Positions 8,925 to 21,454 are shown, numbered from the stretch's first letter. The stretch is 64,000 nucleotides of DNA from an uncultured Pseudomonadota bacterium (GCA_963736005.1 CAVTNB010000001.1:1312001-1376000), one strand, 5' to 3'. Numbers and translations are program-made. The notes: generated by a model from the letters alone, not told the origin.

Positions 8925-10709
8925 TAGTTTTTTCCCTCTCTCTTTTCGGCGGCTGCTCCTCGCAGCGTGGCCGCGAGGGAATTGTACTCATCGCGCAACG
9001 GCTCTGGCACGGATTTCCCGGCGGTCAAGAGCCTGTTCATTTCAGCGTCGACGCTGTAAAGCCTGCGCTCGAGTCGCTGACGCTCAAAGTGCTCCACGAT
9101 GAGCTCGAGCCTTTGCTCTTCCTCATCGGCGCGCAGCGGCGGTGACGAGAGCGCGAGACGCGTGAGTTCGGTGATGTTCTCTTCATCGGCTAAAACCGTG
9201 AGCGGATTGATGCCTCGGGCCAATGCATCGCGCTGCTGCAGCAATGCTCGCATACGTGTGACCAAGCTCCTCATCGCTAAAATCTGCGGCACTCACGCGC
9301 TGTGCAGCCGCTGCAAGCAGCCGCGGCTGCACGATGATGAGCTGCACGAGCTCTCGCTCCACGGAGAGTCCAGGTGCACGCGCCGGCGTGCGCCGGTGAA
9401 TGGTGTTGCTGCCGTTGCCTTTGGGTATTGCCGGCGCGGCGACCGTCGTGCGCAGCGCTCGAAGCGCTGCCTCGCTCACATCGAGCTTGTGCGCCATCGT
9501 CTTGATATACTGGTCGCGCTCGATCGGGTCGCGCACGTTGGAAATGACGCTCATGGCCTGACGGGCAATGTCGCTCTTGTTTGAAAACTGCGCTTCGATG
9601 TGCTTGCACGCCAGCTCAATTTTGAAGTCGATCCAGCGCTGCGAGTCGGCAAGGAGCTTGGCAAACGCCTGCGCCCCATCGTGGAGGATGATATCGTCGG
9701 GGTCGCGGCCTGGCGGAAGGCTTGCGACGCGGACCTGCAGGCCTTCAGCCGCAAGCATGTCGATGCTGCGCGCGGTCGCTGCTTGACCCGCTGCATCGCC
9801 GTCGAAGCAGAGATACAGATTGCTTGCGACCCTGCGCAATTCGCGCGCTTGTTCCACGGTGAAGGCGGTCCCGAGCGACGCAACGGCGTTGCCAAATCCA
9901 GCTTGGTGAAGCATCAAACAGTCGAGGTATCCCTCGACGACGATGATGGCTTCTTGAGCTGCTGCTGCCCGCCGAGCAAGCTGCAGTCCATACACGTGCT
10001 GACCTTTCGTGTACGCAGGCGTGTTCTTCGTGTTGAGATACTTCGGCTGATCGTCGCCAAGAGTGCGGCCCCCGAAAGCGATAACCTCGCCCGTGAGATT
10101 GAAGATGGGGAACATCAAGCGGCGGCGGAAAAAATCGATATAGCCGCTCTCGTCTTGACGAATAGAAATGAGACCGGCGCGTGCTGCGAGCCCAAGATCG
10201 ATGTGCGCCCGCGTAAGGGCACCCGTGAGGCCATCCCATGAATCGGGCGCATATCCGATGCCGAATGTTTCGCACGTCGTCTCGTCCAAGCCCCGCTGCT
10301 TGACGTAGTCCTTCGCTTCGCTGCTTTTGCGCAGCGCATCGACAAAGTGGCTCTTTGCCACCGCGTTGGCTTCGTAAATGGCTTCGCGCTCGCTGCGGCG
10401 GCGACCGAATTCCACAGAATCGCGCAGCTCCACACCGGCACGCGTCGCCAGCATCCGAAGCGCGTCTGGGAATTCGACGTTTTCATAGCGCCTGACAAAG
10501 GTGATGAGGTCGCCGCCTGCGTCGCAGCCATAGCAGTGCCAGACTTGTTTCTCTGCATTCAGAGAAAATGATGGGGTCTTCTCCGCGTGAAAAGGGCAAA
10601 GCCCCACGTACTCGCGCCCGCGCTTGCGCAAGGTGACGTACTGGCTGACGTATGCCAGCAAATCGACCTTGGCTTGAATTGCCGAAATCAAACTACCGTG
10701 GATGGGCAC
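8924..10709 (-). CDS. dnaG: DNA primase (apparent frameshift near 9245, likely sequence error)
   Basis: CHC2 zinc finger [26 protein letters not shown] and CFDGDAAG. C-terminal domain continues in ORF 8924..9292 ([11 protein letters not shown]...). Confidence 0.93.
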
Positions 10710-10725
10710 GAGGGCACATTTCTGG

Positions 10726-10748
10726 GAGCGGACCTAAAGGTCCGCTGC
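10726..10748. repeat. REP-like palindrome, family A (consensus GTAGCAGCGGACCTTTAGGTCCGCT)
   Basis: GAGCGGACCTAAAGGTCCGCTGC between dgt and dnaG; this copy lacks the GTAG tag. Confidence 0.8.
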
Positions 10749-10762
10749 GTGGGCACACGATC

Positions 10763-11846
10763 TCAGGCATCCCACTCGCGGGGAATTTGGGATTCCAGCG
10801 GGTCGAGAAAAAGCTCCTTAAATTTCTTGATTGCAAAGCGGTCCGTAAAGCCGGCGATATAGTCGCATACCCTTCGCGCCAGCGAATCTTCCGCCAGCGC
10901 ACCGGAAACAAACTCTGGCGGCAGTTCGTCTGCGTGTTCCATATAATACGTAAAGAGTTTTCTCACGATGTTTTGCGCTTTGGGTTCTTCGGTCTTGGCG
11001 GTGTCATTGAGGTACACGCGTTCGAACATGAACTCCTTAATCGTCTCGACGGCATCGAGCACGGGTTCAGAGAGCTTGATCTCGTTCCGTCCGCGGCACT
11101 GCATAATGACGTCTTGCACGACTGTCTCGATGCGAAGAGACCCGCTTGGCCCTAAAGTTTCGATGGCCTTGCGGGGCAGTTGGTCTTGGGTGATGATGCC
11201 GGCGCGAATCGCGTCATCGATGTCGTGGTTAATGTAGGCAAGCCGATCGCAGTATCGGACGATTTGGCCTTCGAGCGTGTAGGGAACGTCATTGTAGCCG
11301 GCGAGCGCGCCGCCGTGCTTGCTGTGCTTGGCGATGCCGTCGAGCACTTCTTCGGTGAGGTTAAGGCCGATCTTGTCACCGCGCCGCTCCAGGAACATAA
11401 CGACTCGCATACTTTGCTGCGAGTGAATAAAGCGCGCGCCGGATTCGTAAGTGCCCAGGATGTCCGTCAGCGCTGCTTCCCCTGCGTGACCGAAGGGCGA
11501 ATGCCCGAGATCGTGGCCGAGCGCAATCGCTTCGGCCAAGTCTTCATTGAGATTGCAGCCTCTCGCGATGGAACGCGACAGCTGCATGACCTCGATGCTG
11601 TGGGTGAGCCGCGTGCGATAGTGATCGCCGAGCGGAGAAAGAAAAACTTGCGTCTTGTGCATGAGGCGACGGAACGCTTTGCTGTGAACGATGCGATCCC
11701 GGTCGCGCTGAAAACACGTGCGAATCGGATCCTGCGGCTCGGGCGTTCGGCGGCCCTGCGAGTCTGCGCGCCAGCGCCGCATACGGGGAGAGCATCGCGG
11801 CCTCGCGCGTTTCCTGCTCTTCGCGGATCGACTTAGTGGTCGCCAT
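10763..11846 (-). CDS. dgt: dGTP triphosphohydrolase (apparent frameshift near 11780)
   Basis: FQRDRDRIVHSKAFRRLMHKTQVF, RTRLTHS and HDLGHSPFGHAGE. N-terminus MATTKSIREEQETREAAMLSPYA is in ORF 11544..11846. Confidence 0.9.
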
Positions 11847-11902
11847 GCATCTCTATCACGTCGACTTGCGCGCCGCGAACAGTGTCGGTTTTGGCGGCAC
11901 GC

Positions 11903-14900
11903 CTAGTCCTGGTCAGGCTTCGCGCCCGAACCGCGGTCTTTTTCTTTCTCTCGCAGGACGATTTGCGCTGCGGCGAGCCTCGCGATAGGTACCCGGAACG
12001 GCGAGCACGAGACGTAGTCGAGCCCGATGTCGTGGCAGAAATGCACGGACTTCGGATCGCCTCCATGCTCTCCGCAGATGCCAACCTTCATGTCGGGCCG
12101 CGTCGATGTGGCCGCGCTGCAAGGCCATGCTGCATCATCTCGCCGACGCCATCTTGATCGATGACTTGGAACGGATCTTCGCGCAGGATCTTCTTCTCGA
12201 GATACACCGGGATGAACGATGCTTCGGCGTCGTCACGCGAGTAGCCAAAGACCGTCTGCGTGAGATCGTTCGTACCGAACGAAAAGAACTCGGCATGCTC
12301 GGCGATGCGGTGCGCCACGATGCACGCGCGCGGCAATTCGATCATGGTGCCGATCTGATACGGGACCTTGATGCCGCTGCCTTAATGATGCGCTCGGCTT
12401 CGTTGCTGACCAGATCGCGCAGCGCCTTCATTTCGGTCACCGTGCCGACGCCGGGAATCATGATCAGAGGCCGCACATCGATTTTCTCCTTTTTCAGCTT
12501 CGACGGCAGCTTCCATGATGGCGCGTACCTGCATCTGATAGATCTCTGGGTACACGATGCCCAAGCCGGCAGACGCGCAGACCAAGCATGGGATTGCTCT
12601 CGTGCAGCGTGCGCACGCGCCGCAGCAGCCGCTCCTTTTGCGACAGTACAGTCGGATCGCCCTTGTCAACGCGCAACTCGGTCACTTCAACGAGCAGATC
12701 CTCGAGGCTCGGCAAGAACTCGTGGAGCGGCGGATCGAGCAGCCGGATCGTCACGGGCAGGCCCTTCATCGCGCGAAGGATGCCGTGGAAATCTTCGCGC
12801 TGCATCGGCAGCAGCTGCTCCAAGCACTTGCGCCGCGAATCCGGCGTCTCGGCCATGATCATCTCTTGGACGACCGGCAGCCGCTCCGTTTGCATGAACA
12901 TGTGCTCGGTCCGGCACAAGCCGATGCCCTCCGCGCCGAAATCGCGCGCCTTCTTGGCGTCCTCCGGCGTGTCGGCGTTGGCATACACGCCCAAGCGCCG
13001 TATTCGTCCGCCCATTTGAGGACGTGTTCGAATTGCGGCGTCAGTCTTCGCGGCTGTCATCTGCAGCATTCGCCGCGATACACGGTGCCGGTCGTGCCGT
13101 CGATGGTCAGATCGATCGCCTTCCTTCACGACTTCGCCTTTGACGCTGAACTGGCGCGCGCGCAGGTCGATGAGCATCGCCTCGGCGCCCACGACTGCGG
13201 GCTTGCCCATGCCGCGTGCGACGACGGCCGCATGCGATGTCGCGCCACCTTGCGACGTCAGGATGCCTTCGGACGCGATCATGCCGTGCACGTCGTCCGG
13301 CGTCGTCATCGGACGCACGAGGATGGTCTTCTTGCCCTGGCGCTTCATCTCGACGGCGTCGTCGGGATCGAAGACCACGATACCGGCGGCTGCGCCAGGC
13401 GACGCGTTGAGACCCTTTGCGATGACGTGCGACTTTCGGCTTCTCGTCGATCTGCGCGTGCAGCAGCGCCGCGATGGCGGCGGGCTCGATGCGCATGAGC
13501 GCTTCTTCACGCGTGATGTGGCGTTCTTTGACCATGTCGGCCGCGATTTGCACCGCGGCGGCGGCGCTGCGCTTGCCCGAACGGGTCTGCAAGATGTAGA
13601 GCTTGCCGCGCTCGACCGTGAACTCGATGTCCTGCATGTCGTGGTAGTGCTTCTCGAGCTTGTCCGCGATGTCGAGGAACTGCTTGTAGATCTTCGGCTG
13701 TTGCTTTTCGAGCTCTGAGATCTTCACCGGCGTGCGCTGAACCTGAGACGACGTCTTCGCCCTGCGCGTTTTGCAGAAACTCGCCGTACAGCTTCTTCTG
13801 GCCGTTGGACGGATCGCGCGTGAACGCGACGCCGGTCCCCGAGTCCGTGCCCATGTTGCCAAACACCATGGTCACGACGTTGACGGCGGTGCCCCACCAG
13901 TCGGGATAGTGCGAATGTAGTTGCGGTACTCGATGGCGCGCTTGCAATTCCACGAATTGAAGACTGCTTCGACCGCCATGCGCAGCTGGATGAAGACGTC
14001 TTCGGGGAAATCTTTTTTGGTGTATGGCGCACCAGCGCTTTGTATTCGCTGGTCATATTGCGAAACGCGAGCGCGGTGAGGTCGGATTCCGACGCGAACT
14101 CGCGCTTTGGCGACGTAGCGCTTGAGCACTTCCTCGAATGGCTCCTTCTTCATGCCGAGCACGACGGTGGCGAACATCTGGACGAAGCGGCGATACGCAT
14201 CCCATGCGAACTTGTCGTTCTTGGTCAGCACGACGAGCGCATTGCACGTGCGATTGTTGAGACCGAGGTTGAGCACGGTGTCCATCATGCCGGGCATCGT
14301 GACCCGCGCGCCGGAGCGCACGGAGACGAGCAGCGGGTTGACTTCGCCGCCGAACTCCTTGCCGGTCTTGCGCTCGAGCTCGACGATGCGCCGGTGCATC
14401 TCTTCTTCCAATCCGTTGGCAACTGGCGGCCCAGCTCGAAGATAACGCCGGCAGACTTCTGTCGTGATCGTGAAGCCGGGCGGCACCGGCAGGCCGATGC
14501 GCGTCATCTCGCCGAGGCCCGCGCCTTTGCCGCCGAGCAGGTCGCGCAGGTCGGCGGCGCCCTCCTCGAACGAGTAGGTCATCTTGCCCAAGTGTGGATT
14601 TGGTCGGTGGCTCGGGCTTGCGGCTGATCGCTTTTTTGGGCCCGGGAATTGCGGGCATTGGTTTGCGCTCGATGTCGCCCATGACCGGGATCGTGGCCAT
14701 CTTGACCCCACCCATCATTCCCGCGTCCGGATCTGGAGGCGCGCTTGGCTTCCCGTCCACAGGCGCCATGACGAATTGTGGCTCTTTGCTAGGTGTGGTG
14801 TGTGCTTTTGCAGCGGCCTGCGTTTTTGTGGCGGCCTGCGTCTTTGCAGCGGCCTGCGACTTCGCGCTGGCCGGAGCTTTCGTGGTGCCCGGCTTCGGCC

Positions 14901-15030
14901 GACCGTCGCCTTTAACGGACCGGAGAGGCCGTGACGACTTTGCGGCCGCACTCTTGGCGGCCGCTTTCTTGACTGCCGGCTTGCGCGCCGGCGGCTTCAA
15001 AGTCTTAGTCGATCTCGATTTTGCCTTCAT
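11903..15030 (-). CDS. ppdK: Pyruvate, phosphate dikinase with putative Lys/Ala-rich N-terminal extension (multiple apparent frameshifts)
   Basis: Fragments in successive frames: [125 protein letters not shown]. Confidence 0.9.
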
Positions 15031-15080
15031 TCTTCCCCCATAGATTCCATATGGTACTTCCATGCGGGACAGAATAGACC

Positions 15081-16404
15081 CTACCCCTGGGCAATTCTTT
15101 CTTTGAGATATTCTGCTAGGCGATCGACGCCGACGCGTTCCTGACCTTTGCTATCGCGATCGCGCACGGTCACGTCGTGTTGCGCGAGACTTTCGTAATC
15201 CACCGTGACGCAGTACGGCGTGCCGATCTCGTCTTGGCGATAGTATCGCTTGCCAACGTTGCCTGAATCATCAAACACCGTACGGAGTGAGGGGCGCAGC
15301 GAACGCTCGATGTTCGACGCTAACGCAACGATGTCAGGCTTGTTGCGCACGAGCGGGAAGACCGCCGCCTTGTAGGGAGCGAGGCGCGGATGAAGATGCA
15401 ACACTGTGCGATCCTCTTCTCGTTCGTAGGCATCCAACAAGAAGACGAGCAGCGCTCGATCGACGCCGAGCGATGGCTCGATGACGACCGGCAAGAACTT
15501 TTCCTTTGATTCTTCGTCAAAGAACGCGAGATCTTTGCCGCTGCCTCGAACGTGCTGCTCGAGATCGAAGGTTCCGCGATGCGCGATTCCTTCAAGCTCG
15601 CCCCAGCCGAACGGGAAATCGTACTCGATGTCGGTCGTCGCCTTGCTGTAGTGGGCAAGATCGGCGCCGCTGTACTCGATTCTTGCGCAGTCGCTCCGCC
15701 TGCACCCCGAGCCGCAAGAACCACTTGAATCGCTCTTCCACCCAATAGTCGAACCAGCGCAAGCCCTCTGATTCGGGCTGCGCCGGAACAAAATACTCAA
15801 GTTCCATCTGCTCGAACTCGCGCGATCGAAAAATAAAGTTGCCCGGAGTGATTTCGTTGCGAAACGCCTTGCCGATCTGCGCCACGCCGAAGGGCGGCTT
15901 CTTGCGCGCGGTTTGATACACGAGCTTGAAATCGACAAAAATACCCTGCGCCGTCTCTGGCCGCAAGTACGCAATTGATGCCGCGTCTTCCATCGCCCCG
16001 ATGGATGTCTTGAACATCATGTGGAACTCGCGCGGCTCCGTGAGCGTCGCGTTGCCGCACGATGGGCAGCGATCTCCTTTGATCTGATCGGCCCGGAAAC
16101 GCTTCTTGCACGTGCGGCAGTCAACCATCAGGTCGTGAAAGTGCTCCAAGTGCCCGGACGCACGCCATACCTCTGGGGACATGAGAATCGAGGTGTCCAC
16201 ACCGACGACGTCATCACGAAGCTCGACGACGTCGCGCCACCACGCGTCGCGAACATTGCGCTTGAGCTCGGCCCCGACCGGCCCATAATCCCATGCGCCA
16301 TTGATGCCGCCATAAATCTCGCTTGATTGAAAGATAAAACCGCGGCGCTTTGCGAGCGCCGTGATCTCTTCCATCGTGGGCTTCGGTCGCGATGCTGCCA
16401 TCAT
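15081..16404 (-). CDS. glyS: Glycine--tRNA ligase, homodimeric (alpha2) type (apparent frameshift near 15690)
   Basis: AKRRGFIFQSSEIYGG, YLRPETAQGIF, FRNEITPGNFIFRSREFEQME, then HYSKATTDIEY, WGELEGIA and RYYRQDEIGTP in a second frame. Confidence 0.92.
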
Positions 16405-16413
16405 TCGTTCATT

Positions 16414-17694
16414 CTACGATGGCGAACGTAGCGCCCGCCAAATCTCTTTCGGCGCGAGCGGCTTGCCATACATGAGCACGCCGATGCGGTACAACTTGGC
16501 AGCAAGAAGCGTGAACAGCCAAATCGCCAGTAGCGAAGCGACGATTGACACCGCGATTTGCCAAAATGGCACGCTTGACGTTGCCACGCGCGTAAACATG
16601 AGCATCGGACTGATGAGTGGGACCATCGAAGCCCAGACTAGAAACGGTTTGTCCGGATCTTGCAACGCGAAAATCGAAAGCAAATACGCGAAGATGATTG
16701 GACCTATCAGGATGCCGTTGCTTTGCTGCACGTCCTCTGCTTTGCTCGCGAGTGCCCCCACGCCGGCAAACAACGTTGCATACGTGAAGAATCCGAGGAG
16801 GAAGAACACGAGCAGGTACACGATGGTTGAGGGCGGCACGGTGGCAATGGCAGTCATGGCTTGCTGTCCTTGAGCGGATGCAGCCGCGCTCAGCGATTGC
16901 ACCTTCGAAGCTTGGCTCAATGCAACGACGACGAGCATCGCGGCTGCAGCCACCGCAAAGATGAGCATTTGCGTGAGCGCGAGCGCGCCAATACCGCCGA
17001 TCTTGCCCGCAAGCAACTGGCCTGGCCGCACGGCAGCGATCATTATCTCCATGACGCGATTGGATTTTTCCTCGATAACGCCCTGAGCCACGTAGACGCC
17101 ATACATGATCACTGAAATGTAGAGCAAGAGCAGCAAGAAATACACAAGACCCTGCGCCAGACCTGCTTCTGCGGCGGACTTGTAGCGAGGGTTGAGATCG
17201 GTTGTCGTGAATGGGAAATTGACGGCCCGCTCGGCAAAAGTCGCGCTTGCGCCGCTGAAATCGGATGCGACCACTGTTTGGAGCAGTTGACGGCGCAGGT
17301 TTTGCTGATCTTCTAAGCTTGCCGATTTGACCGGATAATAGGCAAACGCGAGGGTGTTGTTTTTTTCGCGATAGGCCACGAGCGCCGCATCGTACTTCTT
17401 GAGCATGACTTGCTCTCTTAAGGCTTTGGGGAGATCGGGGCCAAGGCTGTGGTAGGGCGCAACCGTCACTTTGTAGTCCTGGGCAAGCGCGTTTTCCAGC
17501 GACTTGGTGACGGCTGCATCAGGTCCCACGAGCGCAATCGACGTGGTGAACGCGCCGCCCAGCGCGTTCCCGATTACCGAGATGAACGAAAGCGAGATGA
17601 TGCCGATCACCCCAAGAATCGTACCGATGATGAATCCTCGGCTGTGCAAGCGGGTGAGATACTCTCGAGCGGCGAGGATGCCAACCGTACTCAC
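16414..17694 (-). CDS. ABC-2 type transporter permease (NatB/YhaP-like)
   Basis: Multiple TM segments; VIEEKSNRVMEIM..LLAGKI; KLYRIGVLMYGK. Confidence 0.88.
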   Translation of the reverse strand: MSTVGILAAREYLTRLHSRGFIIGTILGVIGIISLSFISVIGNALGGAFTTSIALVGPDAAVTKSLENALAQDYKVTVAPYHSLGPDLPKALREQVMLKKYDAALVAYREKNNTLAFAYYPVKSASLEDQQNLRRQLLQTVVASDFSGASATFAERAVNFPFTTTDLNPRYKSAAEAGLAQGLVYFLLLLLYISVIMYGVYVAQGVIEEKSNRVMEIMIAAVRPGQLLAGKIGGIGALALTQMLIFAVAAAAMLVVVALSQASKVQSLSAAASAQGQQAMTAIATVPPSTIVYLLVFFLLGFFTYATLFAGVGALASKAEDVQQSNGILIGPIIFAYLLSIFALQDPDKPFLVWASMVPLISPMLMFTRVATSSVPFWQIAVSIVASLLAIWLFTLLAAKLYRIGVLMYGKPLAPKEIWRALRSPS

Positions 17695-18593
17695 GTGCGG
17701 GAATCCTCGGGTTTAACGTAGTGAAGGTAAATATCGTTGAGGCTTGGCTCGACGACCTCAAAATGATCCACTGGCCCAGATGCAACGGCAGCGCGCAGCA
17801 CGTCGGATGGGTTCGTCCCCTGGGGAAGCTTTACATCGGCAATGCCGTCAGAACTCGGCCGAACGCTCGCCCCTGAAAAGTTCTCGAGAAAGCTCATATT
17901 TGCAAGACGCGTCATCCGGATAAAGCGATCGGGCCACGCGCGCTTTATCTCGCGAAGGTTACCGCTAACGACACTCTGCGATCGGTCGATGATGCAAATG
18001 TCTTCGCACAATTCCTCTACCTGTTCCATTCGATGGCTCGAGAGCAACACGGCCGTCCCTTCGTCGACCAGTTGGCGAACGGTGTCTTTGACGACTTCCA
18101 CATTGATTGGATCGAAACCCGAGAAAGGCTCATCAAGCACGAGTAGCGGCGGGCGATGCAAAATTGCAGCAATGAACTGGACTTTTTGCTGGTTGCCTTT
18201 AGATAGTTCGTTCGGCGTGGCTTTGACTTTGTCGCCCAAACCGAAGGAATCAAAGAGCTCGGCAATGCGTTTGCGCGCGTCGGCTGGGTCCATGCCGTGC
18301 AATCGCCCGAAGAAAAGCAGCTGGTCGGTAATCTTCATCTTGGGGTACAGACCGCGCTCCTCAGGAAGATAGCCAAAGGAGTGGCGGAGTCGAGCGTCGA
18401 CCCGCTGGCCGTTCCAACGCACCTCGCCGCTGTCGGGCGTGAGGATGTCCAAGATCATGCGAAGCGTCGTCGTCTTGCCCGCACCGTTTGGGCCAAGCAA
18501 ACCGAAGACGGCTCCCTCGCGCGCGGAAAACGAAAGATCGCTGACCGCGCGAACCTGGCCGAAGGACTTGGAAACGTGGTTGACTTCGAGCAT
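17691..18593 (-). CDS. ABC transporter ATP-binding protein (NatA/YhaQ-like)
   Basis: GPNGAGKTT, YLPEERGLY, LSKGNQQK, LDEPFSG. Confidence 0.92.
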   Translation of the reverse strand: MLEVNHVSKSFGQVRAVSDLSFSAREGAVFGLLGPNGAGKTTTLRMILDILTPDSGEVRWNGQRVDARLRHSFGYLPEERGLYPKMKITDQLLFFGRLHGMDPADARKRIAELFDSFGLGDKVKATPNELSKGNQQKVQFIAAILHRPPLLVLDEPFSGFDPINVEVVKDTVRQLVDEGTAVLLSSHRMEQVEELCEDICIIDRSQSVVSGNLREIKRAWPDRFIRMTRLANMSFLENFSGASVRPSSDGIADVKLPQGTNPSDVLRAAVASGPVDHFEVVEPSLNDIYLHYVKPEDSRT

Positions 18594-18607
18594 GCTCTCC
18601 CGCTAAC

Positions 18608-18655
18608 GTAGCAGCGGACCTTTAGGTCCGCTCCCGGGAACCTTTAGGTCCGCTC
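18608..18655. repeat. REP family A doublet
   Basis: GTAGCAGCGGACCTTTAGGTCCGCTC followed by partial GAACCTTTAGGTCCGCTC; the second copy contains the rlmN stop codon. Confidence 0.85.
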
Positions 18656-19777
18656 TCCAACCGGCCCTTCTCCGGCTGCTTTGTCGATGCGCAACTGACC
18701 GCAGGCTGCCGCGATGTCGTCGCCCATGGTATGCCGGATCGTTGTCGGAACCCCTCGCTCGCGCAAGAGATCTCGAAAGCGCTGGATCCGCGCGATCTGA
18801 CTGCGCTCGTACGAAGCATCGGTTGCGTTGTAAGGGATCAGATTGACGTGATGAAGCGGGCCACCGAGCAAGTCCGCCAAGCGACGAGCGTCGTCGAGGC
18901 GATCGTTCACTTGCGAAAGCATGAAGTATTCATAAAAAATCTTGCGGCGGGTGCGTTCGACGTATTGGTATGCAGTCGCCAATAACGCTTCTAATCGGCC
19001 ACTTCTTGTTGATGGGCATCAGGCGAGTGCGCAACTCGTCATCGGCGGCGTGCAGCGAGATTGCCAGATTGACCTGGATGTCCTCGGCCGTAAAGCGCTC
19101 GATGCCAGGCACGACGCCCGCGGTCGATATGGTCATGTGCCGTGCGCCGAGACCGAATCCGTTCGGATCGTTGATGAGCGCGACCGAATCCATCACCGCG
19201 TCATAGTTGAGAAATGGTTCGCCCATGCCCATGAACACCAGATTTGTAAGCACCTTGCCTTCATCGCGCGCGCGGCGCGCGACGAAGATCGACTTGGTCG
19301 AAAATTTCCAACGCAGAGAGGTTGCGAAAGAAGCCGCCTTGCCCTGTGGCGCAAAAATCGCAGCGCAGCGCGCAGCCGGCCTGCGAGGAAATGCACGCGG
19401 TCGTGCGCCCGCCGCGGTGACGCATGAGCACCGCTTCCACCTGATTACCACCGCGTAGATCGAAAAGAAACTTCGTTGTTTGCGCATCACCCGACGTTGC
19501 TTCGGCAGACAAAGAAACGCTGGCAAACGAAAGATCGCTGGCCAAGCGAGTACGCAAGTCCAGCGGCAGGACGCTGACGGTTTTTGGATCGGCGATGCAG
19601 CTCCTTGGTTGCGGCGCGGTAGATTTGACTCAATCGATACGCGGGCAAACCAAGAGAATGTTGAAGACTGCCGGCACTGTCGAGGCCGCGCTCCTTGGCC
19701 TGAGCGGCCCACCAAATCATCTTGGCGTCTCGATTTGGTGCTGCCGGTGCGGCAACTACTGGCACTGTCTTGCTCAT
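18644..19777 (-). CDS. rlmN: Dual-specificity RNA methyltransferase, radical SAM (multiple apparent frameshifts)
   Basis: CISSQAGCALRCDFCATG, VFMGMGEPFLN, LAISLHA and VNLIPYN...GDDIAAACGQL spread across four ORFs. Confidence 0.9.
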
Positions 19778-20465
19778 TGAAAATCAAATTGGAGTGCAGC
19801 AGGCGCGGCTTCCGGCTCCTGCGCTTCCGCTGCGTCGGAGGTTCCATGCGCTACTTGGTCGAGCTTTGCCTTAACAGCAAGCAAATCCGACCAGACGAGT
19901 TTCTTCACCGCGTTGATGTTACCGCCAGTCAGACGCAAGATATATGCCGGATGAAACGTGACCATGAGGTCGGTGCCGAAGGGGCCCGGGTACCAAATGC
20001 CGCGCTGTCGCGTGATGGAAAAGTCGCGGCCTAGGAACGATTTCGCTGCCGGCGCGCCCAAGGCGAGAATGACCCGCGGCGCAATGATGGTCAGTTCGCT
20101 GTCCAAGTACTCCCGGCAATTCGCCATCTCTTCGGGCATCGGCGCGCGATTGGCACGTCTGCCAGTTTCGTCCGTCGTCGCGCGGCATTTGATGGTGTTT
20201 GTGATGAACACGTCCTCGCGCCGCAAATCAATGGCCGCGAGCATCTTGTTGAGCAGTTCGCCGGCGCGGCCGACAAACGGCTCTCCTTGCGGTCCTCTGT
20301 TCTCGCCGGGCCCTTCGCCGACGATGACAAGCCGCGAAGCCGGATTCCGACGCCGCACACGACTTTTGTGCGCGTGTAGCCGATCTGGCAGCGCCGGCAC
20401 GCTTCGACGACGCCAGTGCAAGCTGGGCGAGCGCGTTCCTGCCGCTCTTCTAATGATAGATCCAC
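19774..20465 (-). CDS. Family-4 uracil-DNA glycosylase (apparent frameshifts in 5' part)
   Basis: CRRCQIG Fe-S ligands, VGEGPG, PFVGRAGELLNKML, TNTIKCR, TFHPAYILR. Confidence 0.85.
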
Positions 20466-21388
20466 GCCATGCCCCAAAAGGAGTGCCAACTCCGCGCGAC
20501 GACGAGGACGAGCGCGACGATGAGCGCGGCATAGAGGACATACCGCAACAGCTAAGGCCGCCGACAGCGACCAATACCAGGCCAGGCCATGATGTTTGAT
20601 CCAATACAGCCGCCGGCTGCGCTGGCGCCAGTTGAGCACGCCGAGCCGTCCCCAGCGTTTGCGGCTGCCGCCCCGCTCGACTTGTGCGTCGCCACGCATT
20701 GCGGCAAGATAGACGACCCGTCCGCCCGCGGTCGCGCAGGCGATGCGCGAAGTCGATTTCCTCATGATAGAGGAAGAAACGTTCGTCGAAGCCGCCCAGG
20801 CATCGAAGATGTCTGCGCGGATGAACATGGCGGCGCCGACGACGAGGTCGACGTCGCGCTCGGTCGAGTAGTCCCAATTGCGTAGCCCATAGCCGTTGGA
20901 TTGCGCGCGAAACCACGGCAGCTCGCCCCACGCTGAGCTGCGCAGAGAACGCCTGCCACCACGTGTCGAACTCACCGCACGACGCTGCCGTCGTGCCGTC
21001 CTCGTTTTGAGCAGCTTGGCCCCGGCCATGGCGACGTCCGGGTGCGCGTCGAAATAGTCACGGCGTTGCGCGAGCAGCCCGGCGTGCGCTCGCGCATCCG
21101 GATTGAAGAAGAAAAGGAGCGGCGTTGTTGCCGCGCGCGCGCCGATATTGCATGCCTTTGCAAAGCCGAGATTCGCGCCATTCTCGATGATCGTCGAGCC
21201 GTGGGAACACGCGCTCTTGGCGCGGGCGACGCTATCGTCGCGCCGAACCGTTGTCAGAGACAATGACCTCGCGCGAAACCAGGCATCCGCCTGGTACTTC
21301 GGGCAGCGTCGGCGATCGAACGCAGGCCGCCTCAAGCTCGTCGGCTGCATTGTAACTGACCACGATGACCGATAACGCGCGGCACCAC
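20450..21388 (-). CDS. Glycosyltransferase family 2 (multiple apparent frameshifts)
   Basis: LSVIVVSYN, NLGFAKACNIG, FFNPDA, VDLVVGAAMF and GGFDERFFLYHEEIDFA in alternating frames. Ends approximate. Confidence 0.8.
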
Positions 21389-21400
21389 CTTCGTTTCGCT

Positions 21401-21429
21401 AAAAAAAACGAGCGCCTTGTTGACGCTCG
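21401..21429 (-). terminator. Intrinsic terminator
   Basis: Minus strand CGAGCG-TCAACAAGG-CGCTCG-TTTTTTTT downstream of the small CxxC gene. Confidence 0.75.
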
Positions 21430-21454
21430 GGGGTGATCTCTTGGTTCTACCTTT

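Noticed and set aside
9183..21388. Pseudogenisation or programmed recoding of dnaG, glyS, ppdK, rlmN
   Set aside because: Essential genes with intact motifs, clustered indels and no shared slippery signal; assembly error is more parsimonious.
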